Origin: an uncultured Pseudomonadota bacterium
GTDB taxonomy: Bacteria > Pseudomonadota > Gammaproteobacteria > Steroidobacterales > Steroidobacteraceae
Direction of reading: 5' to 3'
Assembly: GCA_963774045.1 (NCBI GenBank)
Contig: CAVZED010000033.1
Location: forward strand, 64,379-128,378
DNA: 64,000 nucleotides
The notes below the pieces were generated by a model. It ran no database searches. It worked only from the letters and a program-made list of their open reading frames with translations, and was not told where the DNA came from. The position numbers and the translations under genes are program-made. Below are positions 11,145-20,217 of the stretch, one piece after another (positions within the stretch are counted from its first letter, which is position 1; every line of letters begins with the position of its first letter).

Positions 11145-12281
11145 CTAGCACACCTTCGGGATGAAGCGCCAGCGCACCTGCGCGCTGTATTCGGCATAAC
11201 CGTTGTCGGCCAGCAGCAGGTGCCGCTCCTCGGTGATGGCGCGCAGCACGTAGATCATGGTCCAGCCCACGAGCGACAACAGCGCGGACAGCAGCGCCGG
11301 CACGTTGCCGAGCGAGCCGAGCACGTACAGCGTGGGCAGCGCGCCTATCCACCACGCCAGGTTCTTGCAGACGTAGGCTGGATGGCGCACCACCGAGTAG
11401 GGCCCGTGGCTCACGATGCCGCGATTGGTGAGATTGCTGGCCTTGAAGCCGAGCGCCACCGACGCCCAGGAGTAGATGACCATGAGCGCGATCAGGCTGA
11501 TGTTGGCGGCGAAGTGCACCGCGTTGTTCTGGAACTGCGGAAAGTCGTTGCTCTGCCATTCGAAGAACTGGGCGGTGGCACCGTTGAACGGTGGGTAACA
11601 CGCGAGGCAGACGAACCAGCCGAAGAACGTGGGATCCACGCTGCGGATGCGATTCCTGAGCGCCGGGACTTCGACGATGTAACCGATCGTGAACAGGAAC
11701 GTGTCGACGAACAGGATGGCCTGGAAGCAGGCCCAGAACAGCGAGTTGTCGAACAGCGGCCGACCCGTCATGCCATTCTTGACGCTGTCGATGAAGGTCA
11801 GAACCGTGTTCGTCATGTCCGCGGCGTGCCCCAGGCACCAGTTGATCATGAGGGGCGCGAAGAAGAACTTGAGCAGCAGGGCGAGGCCGGCCTGCTTCGT
11901 GGCTGGCGTGAGACCGACGCGCAGGGGCAGGCGCATCACATCGAGCGAATGCACGGCCCGCTTGGCGCGCGACTGCGCTCGCCGCAGGCGCAGGATCGCG
12001 AACCACAGGCCTTGCAGGAAAATCGAGGCCTTCGAACGCAGCCAGGGGTAGGCGGCGTAGTAGGGAATGAGCGCCACCACGTAGAGCACGACGAGTGCGT
12101 CGAACAGCGTCCGTATGTGCAGCACGGCCGCGATGTCGAACATGCCGAACTGCCACTGGGCGTTGATGGTGCCGCGATGGAACCCGCTGAGGTCGAATAC
12201 GATCCAGTACGCAAGGCCGATGAAGCCCAGCGTGGACAGGTAGTTCGCGGCGAAACGGCGGCTGAAGATCCTGGAGATCAT
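11145..12281 (-). CDS. polytopic membrane protein with C-terminal ICMT/PEMT-type methyltransferase domain
   Basis: Intact 378-aa ORF with multiple hydrophobic segments. The C-terminal NRGIVSHGPYSVVRHPAYVCKNLAWW...ITEERHLL matches the RHPxY...EE signature of isoprenylcysteine/phospholipid methyltransferase-like proteins. Confidence 0.65.
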   Translation of the reverse strand: MISRIFSRRFAANYLSTLGFIGLAYWIVFDLSGFHRGTINAQWQFGMFDIAAVLHIRTLFDALVVLYVVALIPYYAAYPWLRSKASIFLQGLWFAILRLRRAQSRAKRAVHSLDVMRLPLRVGLTPATKQAGLALLLKFFFAPLMINWCLGHAADMTNTVLTFIDSVKNGMTGRPLFDNSLFWACFQAILFVDTFLFTIGYIVEVPALRNRIRSVDPTFFGWFVCLACYPPFNGATAQFFEWQSNDFPQFQNNAVHFAANISLIALMVIYSWASVALGFKASNLTNRGIVSHGPYSVVRHPAYVCKNLAWWIGALPTLYVLGSLGNVPALLSALLSLVGWTMIYVLRAITEERHLLLADNGYAEYSAQVRWRFIPKVC

Positions 12282-12295
12282 GAGTTGTTTGCGCG

Positions 12296-14452
12296 TCAGC
12301 GCGCGTATTGTGGCACGAGCCGCACGATGCGATCACCGACCAGCACCACGTCGCCGCTGGCCGGATCGGCGGCGATGCTGACGAAGTGCCGGTCCGTGTG
12401 GGTTTCGAGACGCTCGAAGCTGGCGCCGCCATCGCGCGAACGCAGCAGCGTGCCCTGTCCGCCGGCGATCAGCAGGTTTGCGGTGCGCGGTTCGAAGACC
12501 GCCTTGCGCAACACGCCTTCCGTGCCGCTCGCCACCACCCGCCACGTGAGGCCGCCATCGGTCGAACGCGTGATGGCGCCGCGCGCGCCGAAGACGACGT
12601 AGGCGCCGCTGCGCGGATCGCGCACCACGCGGCGCAGTTCCGCCGTGGTTCCGGAATTCATCCGCGGCCAGCTCCGGCCGAGATCCGGCGAGCGCAGCAG
12701 CGTGCCATCCTGGCCCACGAGGAACAGCAGTCGAGTCGCCGCGTCCGCATGGCTGCCGTAGAGATCCGCTTTCGTACCAGTGTCGACCACGCTGAATCCG
12801 CGCGCGCCGTCATCGCTGCGCAGCGCGATTCCGCCCTTGCCCGCGACGAGCACGATGCCCGGCTTTTCCAGCATCGCGCCTTGCCAGAATGGAAACTCGC
12901 GCCACTCGCCCGCAACCCGCACGGATTGCCAGCTCCGGCCCGCATCACGCGATACGCGCATTTCGCCGCGCGCTTCGACCGCGACCGCGAGTTTGCCCGC
13001 TCCGCTGATGAGCCAGGGGAAGGCCCGTTCTTCCTCGAGCCGTGTCCAGTGCAGCAGCTGCCAGTTCGATCCGGACGCATCACCGCGCAGGATCGCGCCC
13101 GGAGGTCCGGCCGCCAGCAACCCGCGTCCGTCCGGCGCGACGATCAGCGCGCGCAGGTCGGGCGGTGTGTTCGCATCGGGCCAGCCGATGTCGATGGATA
13201 GCCAGCTCGCGCCGTGATCGGCCGAGCGCAGCAGCGCACCGAGCTGTCCCGACGCGATCAACGCGCCGTTGGGCGCAACCACGATCTCGCGCAATTGCGC
13301 GTCGACGCCCGCGCGTACGTTTTGCCAGCTCGCCCCGGAATCCGCGGAAGACGCGACTCTCCCGCCCTTGCCGTGGGCGATCAGGCGGCCGTTCGCGGCG
13401 AGCAAACCACGAATCTCGCCGCCGAGGTCCGGCGCGCCCCGGTTCCACGTCGCACCGCCATCGCGCGAACGTGCGAGTGCGCCGTTCTGCGCGACCGCGA
13501 GCAACGAGCGGCTGCGCGGATCGAAGCGCAGCGCGGCCAGGAAGTGTTTCGCGCCGTCGAGCGTCACCTCGACCACGTCCCAACTGGCGCCGCCGTCGAC
13601 CGAGCGCACGACGTCGCCATTGTGCCCGGTGAGCACGAGCGCGCCGTGCGCGGTGTCGGCCGCGGCATCCGTGAAGTACGCTTTCGAGGTGGATTGCAGC
13701 AGGTCCCAGCTGCGCGCGCCGTCGGTCGAGGTGAGGAAACGGCCGAGCGCGCTGGTCGCGAGCAGTAGTTTGCCGAAGCGGTGGAACGCCGTGACCGGTG
13801 TAACCGGCTCCGGCATCGTGATCATCGTGAGTTGCCAGCTCTCGCCGGCGTCGGTGGAGCGGCCGACGGCTCCCTGGTCGCCGCCGATCAGGATGTTCCG
13901 CGTCTCGGGATCGACGAACAACGCGTGGAAATCGAGCGTGAGATTCGTGGCGAGCTCGCTGAAGCTGCGCCCGTCGTCTTTCGAACGCAGCAACCGGCCG
14001 TTCGTGCCCGCGGCGAGCCAATACCCGCTGGGTGCGTGATACACCAATGCCTGCAGATCCGTGTCGAGGACGGTATTGGCGGCGGCCTGCCAGGTGCGGC
14101 CCGCATCCACGGACCGCAGCACAGTGCCCCGCGCGCCGGCCGCGAGCAGCGTGGTGCCCTTGTCGTTGGCGGCGAGCCGGGCGAGGTCGGCACTGGATGG
14201 TGTCGTGGCATGAGTCCAACGGGTGCCGTCGGCCGAGCGCAGGATGGTGCCGTCGCTGCCCGCGAGCAGCAGCACCTCACCGCCGGGCACGAGCAGCGAG
14301 TTCGTGAGTTCGGGGTTCACCACCTCGGGGACGTAGGCAGGCGCCGCGTCGCGGGACTGCGCCGGCCACGACGGTACGAGCGTGAATGCGAGGATCGCGA
14401 CAGCCATGTGCGCCGCGAAGCGCATCGGCCTGTTGTCGAGGTGTCGGCGCAT
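12296..14452 (-). CDS. BNR/Asp-box repeat (Ycf48-like) double beta-propeller protein, secreted
   Basis: Intact 718-aa ORF with a signal-like N-terminus. It has about 15 S-x-D-x-G-x-[ST]-W boxes (RSVDAGRTW, STDAGESW, SVDGGASW, SRDGGATW, SADSGASW, SRDAGRSW, STDGGLTW...). Confidence 0.75.
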   Translation of the reverse strand: MRRHLDNRPMRFAAHMAVAILAFTLVPSWPAQSRDAAPAYVPEVVNPELTNSLLVPGGEVLLLAGSDGTILRSADGTRWTHATTPSSADLARLAANDKGTTLLAAGARGTVLRSVDAGRTWQAAANTVLDTDLQALVYHAPSGYWLAAGTNGRLLRSKDDGRSFSELATNLTLDFHALFVDPETRNILIGGDQGAVGRSTDAGESWQLTMITMPEPVTPVTAFHRFGKLLLATSALGRFLTSTDGARSWDLLQSTSKAYFTDAAADTAHGALVLTGHNGDVVRSVDGGASWDVVEVTLDGAKHFLAALRFDPRSRSLLAVAQNGALARSRDGGATWNRGAPDLGGEIRGLLAANGRLIAHGKGGRVASSADSGASWQNVRAGVDAQLREIVVAPNGALIASGQLGALLRSADHGASWLSIDIGWPDANTPPDLRALIVAPDGRGLLAAGPPGAILRGDASGSNWQLLHWTRLEEERAFPWLISGAGKLAVAVEARGEMRVSRDAGRSWQSVRVAGEWREFPFWQGAMLEKPGIVLVAGKGGIALRSDDGARGFSVVDTGTKADLYGSHADAATRLLFLVGQDGTLLRSPDLGRSWPRMNSGTTAELRRVVRDPRSGAYVVFGARGAITRSTDGGLTWRVVASGTEGVLRKAVFEPRTANLLIAGGQGTLLRSRDGGASFERLETHTDRHFVSIAADPASGDVVLVGDRIVRLVPQYAR

Positions 14453-14499
14453 CGCGGCCGATGGTAGCGGTTTTCCCGCGCGGCCGCCCCGCCGCCAAA

Positions 14500-14802
14500 C
14501 TACCGCGCGTCGGTGGGCGGCGGATTCACCATGCCCGAGAGGTCCGCGACCAGGCGATTCAACAGATCGACGTTGCGGCGAATGCGCTCGAGCTGCTCCT
14601 TCGTCTGCTCGGGTGTGAACTGGTACTTGGGATTGAGCAACATCGAGGTCGTCGTGTGAACGACCGAAAGAGGCGTGCGCAGGTCGTGGCAGATCTTCGC
14701 GAGGGCCCGCTCGCGGGCCTGCACGTCTCCTTCGGCCCCCGTGTCTTCGCCGCCGGGCCGGTTTCCAGCTTCGTCGATCATGGGCGCAGTGTACGCGTTC
14801 AC
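14500..14802 (-). CDS. HisKA (dimerisation/phosphoacceptor) domain-only protein
   Basis: 100-aa ORF with an H-box (LAKICHDLRTPLSVV) and a following helix (EQLERIRRNVDLLNRLVADL). No HATPase_c coding sequence follows. The start is uncertain (GTG 14802 or ATG 14781). Confidence 0.45.
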   Translation of the reverse strand: MNAYTAPMIDEAGNRPGGEDTGAEGDVQARERALAKICHDLRTPLSVVHTTTSMLLNPKYQFTPEQTKEQLERIRRNVDLLNRLVADLSGMVNPPPTDAR

Positions 14803-14861
14803 CGCGGGTTCTTCGCTCAGAAGATTCCTACGCGACGCGCACGCCGGTCATGCCACAGGCT

Positions 14862-15566
14862 TCACAACGTTGTTAGCGTCCCGCCTAGCGACTCGAGGAA
14901 CCCGACTATCTCCCGGGCCGCTTCGCGTGGCCGCGCCTGGAGCAGGAAGTGCGGAGCTTCGATGTCAGCCAGGCGGCCATGCCGCGCGGTGGCCATGAAC
15001 TCTTCGCCATGCCGCGCCGACACCACTCGGTCTTCCGATGCGCGCAGGTACAGCGCCGGCAGGTCGCAGGCGCCCATCGGGCCGCGCACGTCCACGTCCG
15101 CCATCGCGCGCAGTCGCGCCGTGAGCGTGCGCGACGACACATGCGACAACGCGCGTGCATGAGCCGCCCGCAGGTCCGCGGTGGCGAACCTGCCTAACAA
15201 CGAATGCTGGGCGATGAAGCCGGGCACGAGCTTCGGCGTGGCGAATGGCGTCAGGGGCCGCAGCGCGTGCAGCAGGCGATGGGGGCAGGTCAGAAAGGAT
15301 GCACACAGGATCAGGCCGCGCAGGTTGGTCATGCCCGCGGTGGCGATCGAAACGGCGACCGGGCCCGAAAATGATTCGCCGAGGATCACGAAGGGTTCGT
15401 CCTTCGGAAGCTCCCGCCGCGCGACCTCGGCATGGTCCGCGTAGGAACCCGGCCGGTCCGGATAGCGGACGACCGTGGTCTCGATGCCCGGCGGCAGCGC
15501 GTCGAGCAGCGGACCAAACAGCTCGCCGGTGCCATCCATGCCGGGGAGCAGTACGAGGGCGGTCAT
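14862..15566 (-). CDS. alpha/beta hydrolase
   Basis: Intact 234-aa ORF. MTALVLLPGMDGTGELF and the nucleophile elbow GESFSG are present. Confidence 0.7.
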   Translation of the reverse strand: MTALVLLPGMDGTGELFGPLLDALPPGIETTVVRYPDRPGSYADHAEVARRELPKDEPFVILGESFSGPVAVSIATAGMTNLRGLILCASFLTCPHRLLHALRPLTPFATPKLVPGFIAQHSLLGRFATADLRAAHARALSHVSSRTLTARLRAMADVDVRGPMGACDLPALYLRASEDRVVSARHGEEFMATARHGRLADIEAPHFLLQARPREAAREIVGFLESLGGTLTTL

Positions 15567-15579
15567 GACGGCGGCGGAG

Positions 15580-18423
15580 TCAGCCCGCGTCGACCAGCGG
15601 GCGCAGGTATTGCGCGGTGTACGAAGTCTTGTGCTTCGCCACGTCTTCGGGCGTGCCAGTCGCCAGTATCGAGCCTCCGCCGGCGCCGCCCTCGGGGCCG
15701 AGATCGATGATCCAGTCCGCGGTCTTGATGACGTCGAGATTGTGCTCGATGACGACGACGGTATTGCCCTCGTCTCGCAGCCGGTGCAGGACGTCGAGCA
15801 GCTGCGCGACGTCGTGGAAGTGCAGGCCGGTCGTGGGCTCGTCCAATATATATAGAGTGCGGCCGGTGGCCCGCTTGGCGAGCTCGCGGGCGAGCTTGAC
15901 CCGCTGTGCTTCGCCGCCGGAAAGCGTGGTGGCGCTCTGTCCGAGCTGTAGATAGGAAAGGCCGACGTCCATCAGGGTCTGCAGGCGCGAGCCGACGCCG
16001 GGCACGTTCTGGAACAGGCGCAGTGCCTCCTCCACGTTCATCTCGAGCACTTCGTGGATGTTCTTGCCCTTCCAGCGGATCTCGAGCGTCTCGCGGTTGT
16101 AGCGTTTGCCCTTGCACACGTCGCAGGGGACGTAGACGTCGGGCAGGAAGTGCATCTCGACCTTGATGAGACCGTCGCCCTGGCAGGCCTCGCAACGGCC
16201 GCCCTTCACGTTGAAGCTGAAGCGGCCGGCGTCGTAACCACGCGTTCGCGCCTCCGGCACCGCGGCGAATATCTCGCGCAGCGGCCCGAACAAACCGGTG
16301 TACGTCGCGGGATTCGAGCGCGGCGTGCGCCCGATGGGACTCTGGTCGATGTCGATGATGCGATCGATCTCCTCGAGCCCCTTGATCTCCGCGCAGGGCG
16401 CCATGTCCATGACGGTGCCGTTCAGCTTGTGAGTCGCGTGGGCGAACAACGTGTCGTTGACCAGCGTGGACTTTCCCGAGCCGGAAACGCCGGTCACGCA
16501 GGTGAAGAGGCCGAGCGGAAATTCCGCGCTGACGTTCTTGAGATTGTTGCCGCTTGCGTTCGATGACCTTTATGACGCGCTTCGCATCGCGCGGAGTGCG
16601 CAGACGCCGGCAACGCGATCTTCTTGCGGCCTGACAGGTATTTGCCGGTCAGGGATTCCGCGTGCTTCACGATGTCGTCCGGAGTGCCCTGCGCCACGAT
16701 CTCGCCACCGTGCACGCCGGCGCCGGGTCCGATGTCGAGCACCGCATCCGCGGCGCGAATGGCTTCCTCGTCGTGCTCGACCACCAGCACCGTGTTGCCG
16801 AGATCGCGCAGGTGCTTGAGCGTCGCCAGCAATCGCTGGTTGTCGCGCTGGTGCAATCCGATCGACGGCTCGTCGAGGATGTACATGACACCCGTGAGAC
16901 CCGAACCCACCTGGCTCGCGAGGCGGATGCGCTGCGCCTCGCCGCCGGACAGCGACTCCGCGCTGCGGTCCAGCGTCAGGTAGTCGAGCCCGACGTCGAC
17001 CAGGAATTTGAGCCGGTCGCCGACTTCCTTGACGATCTTGTCAGCCACCTCCGCGCGCCAGCCCGTCACGTCGAGTCCGCCGAACAGCGCCTTGGCGTCG
17101 CCCACGGTGAGATGCGCAACCTCCGGCAGAGAGTGCGTGCCGACGAACACGTTGCGTGCGGTGCGATTGAGCCGAGAGCCGTTGCAATCGGGGCAGGGCT
17201 GGGTGCCGAGGTACTTCGCGAGCTCTTCGCGCACCGGCAGCGAGTCTGTCTCCTTGTAGCGCCGCTCGAGGTTGGGAATGATTCCCTCGAAACGATGTTT
17301 CTTGCGCGTCGAGCGGCCGTTGCCGTGCTGGTAGCGGAATTCGACTTCGTCGTTGCCGCTGCCGAACAGCATCACCTGCTGCGCCTTCTTCGGCAGTTCC
17401 TCCCACGGGCGTCTCCGGATCGAACTTGTAGTGGCGCGCCATCGCCGTGATCAACGCGAAGTAGTAGGCGTTCTTGCGATCCCAGCTCTTGATGGCGCCG
17501 CCCGCGAGCGAAAGATGTGGATAGGCGACCACGCGCGCCGGATCGAAGAAGTCCTTGAGCCCGATGCCATCGCAGGTGGCGCAGGCGCCCGCGGGACTGT
17601 TGAACGAGAACATCTTGGGCTCGAGCGCCGCCACGCTGTAACCGCATTCGGGGCAGGCCTGGCGCGCGGAGAACAGCGTTTCATCCTCGGGTTTTCCCAC
17701 TTTCTCGGCATCGTGGGGCGCGAGGCGCGCCATGCCACCGGTGAGCTTCAATGCCGTTTCGAGCGATTCGGACAGGCGCTGCTGCGCGTCGGGGCGGATC
17801 CTGAGTCTGTCTACCACGACCTCGATGGTGTGTTTCTTCTTCGGATCGATCTTGGGCAGCGCATCGAGCTCGTGCACGCGGCCGTCGATGCGCACGCGCA
17901 CGAAGCCCTGGCCGCGCATGGTGTCGAAGATCTCCGCGTGTTCGCCCTTGCGGTCGACGACCATCGGTGCGAGCAGCAGGATGGCGAGGCCGTCCGGCAT
18001 CCGCAGGATCTGGTCGACCATCTGGCTCACGGTCTGCGCCTCGAGCGGCACGCCGTGGTCCGGGCAACGCGCGATGCCGGCGCGCGCGAACAGCAGGCGC
18101 AGATAGTCGTAGATCTCCGTGACCGTGCCGACGGTGGAGCGCGGGTTGTGCGAGGTCGCCTTCTGCTCGATCGCGATCGCGGGCGAAAGACCTTCGATGC
18201 TGTCGACGTCGGGCTTGTCCATCATCGAGAGGAACTGGCGCGCATACGCGGAGAGCGATTCCACGTAGCGGCGCTGGCCTTCCGCATACAGCGTGTCGAA
18301 CGCAAGAGAGCTCTTGCCCGATCCCGACAGGCCCGTGATCACGATGAGCTTGTCGCGCGGGAGGTCGACGTCGACGTTCTTGAGGTTGTGCGTGCGGGCG
18401 CCGCGGATTTTGATGGTCTGCAT
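15580..18423 (-). pseudogene. uvrA: excinuclease ABC subunit A, at least 3 frame changes
   Basis: ORFs 17041..18423, 16494..17375 and 15580..16497 tile about 948 codons: [53 protein letters not shown]...; [14 protein letters not shown]; [16 protein letters not shown]...[15 protein letters not shown]...IIDLGPEGG. Frame changes are at about 17407 and twice in 16520-16620. Confidence 0.9.
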
Positions 18424-18576
18424 TTGTCCAGCGCCAAAGTTGGCGCGAATCAGGAGAAACCAAGAAGTTTAAGCGGCGAGGCCGGTCCGCGTATAACCAG
18501 TGCTTGCTCGGGTTCAGGGCTGTATGCGCACCGCATGCCCAATCGGATCAGCGACTTAAGCCTGTAACTGCTACCG

Positions 18577-19104
18577 TTGGAGGTGATGCCTCGAAAGAGC
18601 CATGACCGGTGTTTTCCGGCCATCGCGCGCCCCGATGCGGAAGTGCTGATCCTCGGCTCGCTGCCGGGCCGCAGGTCGCTCGAGATGCAGCAGTACTACG
18701 CGCATCCGCAAAACGCCTTCTGGAAACTGGTCACCGCAATCTTCGAAGCGGACGCGGATCTCAGCTACGAACGGCGCGCACGGCTCCTGGTGAAGCACCG
18801 AATTGCGCTCTGGGACGTGCTGGCCGCGGCCGAGCGCCCCGGCAGTCTCGACAGCTCGATCGTGCACGCATCGGCCGAAGCCAACGATTTCCGCGAATTC
18901 TTTCGGGCGCACCCGCGCGTGCGCCGGGTGTTCTTCAACGGGCGCAAGGCCGAAGAGATCTTCCGGCGGCGAGTGGTGCCCTTGCTGGGGGCGGATTTTC
19001 CCGACATCGAATACGTCAGCCTGCCGTCGACCAGCCCGGCGCACGCCGGCATGTCGTTCGCGAAAAAACTCGCGAGGTGGCGCGTGATACGCGAGCCGCG
19101 TTGA
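18577..19104 (+). CDS. DNA-deoxyinosine (hypoxanthine) glycosylase, UDG superfamily
   Basis: LILGSLPGRRSLEMQQYYAHPQNAFWKL and LPSTSPA match the family-6 UDG-like pattern. The gene is divergent from uvrA. Confidence 0.65.
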   Translation: MEVMPRKSHDRCFPAIARPDAEVLILGSLPGRRSLEMQQYYAHPQNAFWKLVTAIFEADADLSYERRARLLVKHRIALWDVLAAAERPGSLDSSIVHASAEANDFREFFRAHPRVRRVFFNGRKAEEIFRRRVVPLLGADFPDIEYVSLPSTSPAHAGMSFAKKLARWRVIREPR

Positions 19105-19144
19105 CTCACGGTCGAGCCACTGCCGCCGCCGCCCGGCTAGTCGA

Positions 19145-20107
19145 TCACTGCTGGTAGACCCGTACGTAGTCCACTTCCATCTGGATCGGGAAGATGGTGT
19201 CGTCGACGCCCATCTGTCCGCCCCAGTCTCCGCCCACCGCGATGTTGAAGATGAGGTACTGCGGGCTGTCGAACGGCCATTCGGCGTTGCCCGAGCCGTC
19301 GTTCGAATACTGGTAGTAGTTGCGGTCGTCGACGCCGACCTTGATCTGGTTGGCATTCCACGTGAGCTGGTACCTGTGGAACGCCGTGCAGGCGTCGGGC
19401 AGGTTCGTCGTCGCCGTGCGCGAGTTGTTGCGCGTGTGGTTGTACGCATCGGTGTGCATGGTTCCATGCACCACGCCCGGGTCGAACCCCACGTGTTCCA
19501 TGATGTCGATCTCGCCGTCACCCGGCCACGCGGTCTGCGGCGGCGCGGACAACATCCACAACGCCGGCCACGAGCCACGCCCGCAGGGTAGTTTGGCGCG
19601 GATCTCGATGAAGCCGTAGGTCCACGATTGCTTGCCGCGCGTCAGCAGGCGCGCGGAGGAGTAGCGCTGGCCGCCCCAGTCCGACAAGCCGAGAGTAGAT
19701 AGATCCTCGCGGCGCGCCGTTATCACCAACGAACCGTTCTCGACGCGCGAGTTCTCCGGGCGCGCGTTCGAGTAGTACTGCAGCTCGTTGTTGTACCAGC
19801 CGAGGAAGTTGCGCTCGGTGTCGTAGATCCACTTGGAGGAGTCGGGCAGCCCGGCAACGGCGAATTCGTCGGACCACACGAGACGGAATCCGGCGGGGAC
19901 TCCGCCGGTTTCGTTGATCACGGGATTGCCAGGTCCCGCCGGCTGCGGAGGCGGAGGTGTGGAGACAGGGGGACTGCCGGAGCCGCCACCCCCGCACGCC
20001 GACGAGAAAATTGCCGCGGTTACCGCTATCACGCCTAACCAGCGGCCTGAATGCGCTCGACTAATGAAAGTCGGAATTAGAGACAGCGAAAAAGACATGC
20101 AGGACAT
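19145..20107 (-). CDS. GH16 beta-glucanase (laminarinase/licheninase-like), probable lipoprotein
   Basis: Intact 320-aa ORF with a hydrophobic leader ending in C. Catalytic motif GEIDIMEH. WPALWML and the concanavalin-like fold signature LIFNIAVGG are present. Confidence 0.85.
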   Translation of the reverse strand: MSCMSFSLSLIPTFISRAHSGRWLGVIAVTAAIFSSACGGGGSGSPPVSTPPPPQPAGPGNPVINETGGVPAGFRLVWSDEFAVAGLPDSSKWIYDTERNFLGWYNNELQYYSNARPENSRVENGSLVITARREDLSTLGLSDWGGQRYSSARLLTRGKQSWTYGFIEIRAKLPCGRGSWPALWMLSAPPQTAWPGDGEIDIMEHVGFDPGVVHGTMHTDAYNHTRNNSRTATTNLPDACTAFHRYQLTWNANQIKVGVDDRNYYQYSNDGSGNAEWPFDSPQYLIFNIAVGGDWGGQMGVDDTIFPIQMEVDYVRVYQQ

Positions 20108-20165
20108 GGAGTTGTCATCGCCTCTTGGCTTGCTTCACGCGCGGATCGCATGCTAGCGTAAAAAA

Positions 20166-20179
20166 TGTAAGCGCTTACA
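20166..20179. promoter_or_regulatory. LacI-family operator candidate TGTAAGCGCTTACA
   Basis: A perfect 14-bp palindrome matching TGNAANCGNTTNCA. It lies in the divergent GH16/TonB-receptor intergenic region, 39 bp upstream of the receptor ATG. A half-site (gcttacg) follows at about 20193. Confidence 0.5.
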
Positions 20180-20217
20180 AATATCTCACGCTTACGTCCA
20201 ATCTTCAGTGGGGGAAC

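Noticed and set aside
16520-17410. Programmed ribosomal frameshifting or recoding as an explanation for the split uvrA and other split genes.
   Set aside because: There are no slippery heptamer plus structure contexts. Several genes need multiple compensating shifts within tens of bases (for example ggt 4470-4560). The sites inspected are homopolymer or simple-repeat length changes.
18424-18576. A search for LexA/SOS boxes upstream of uvrA, and upstream of ssb at 55134-55269.
   Set aside because: No CTGT-N8-ACAG or TTAG-N6-TACTA-type site is present. The near-matches (ctgtatgcgcaccgca, ctgtaactgctaccg) lack the second half-site.
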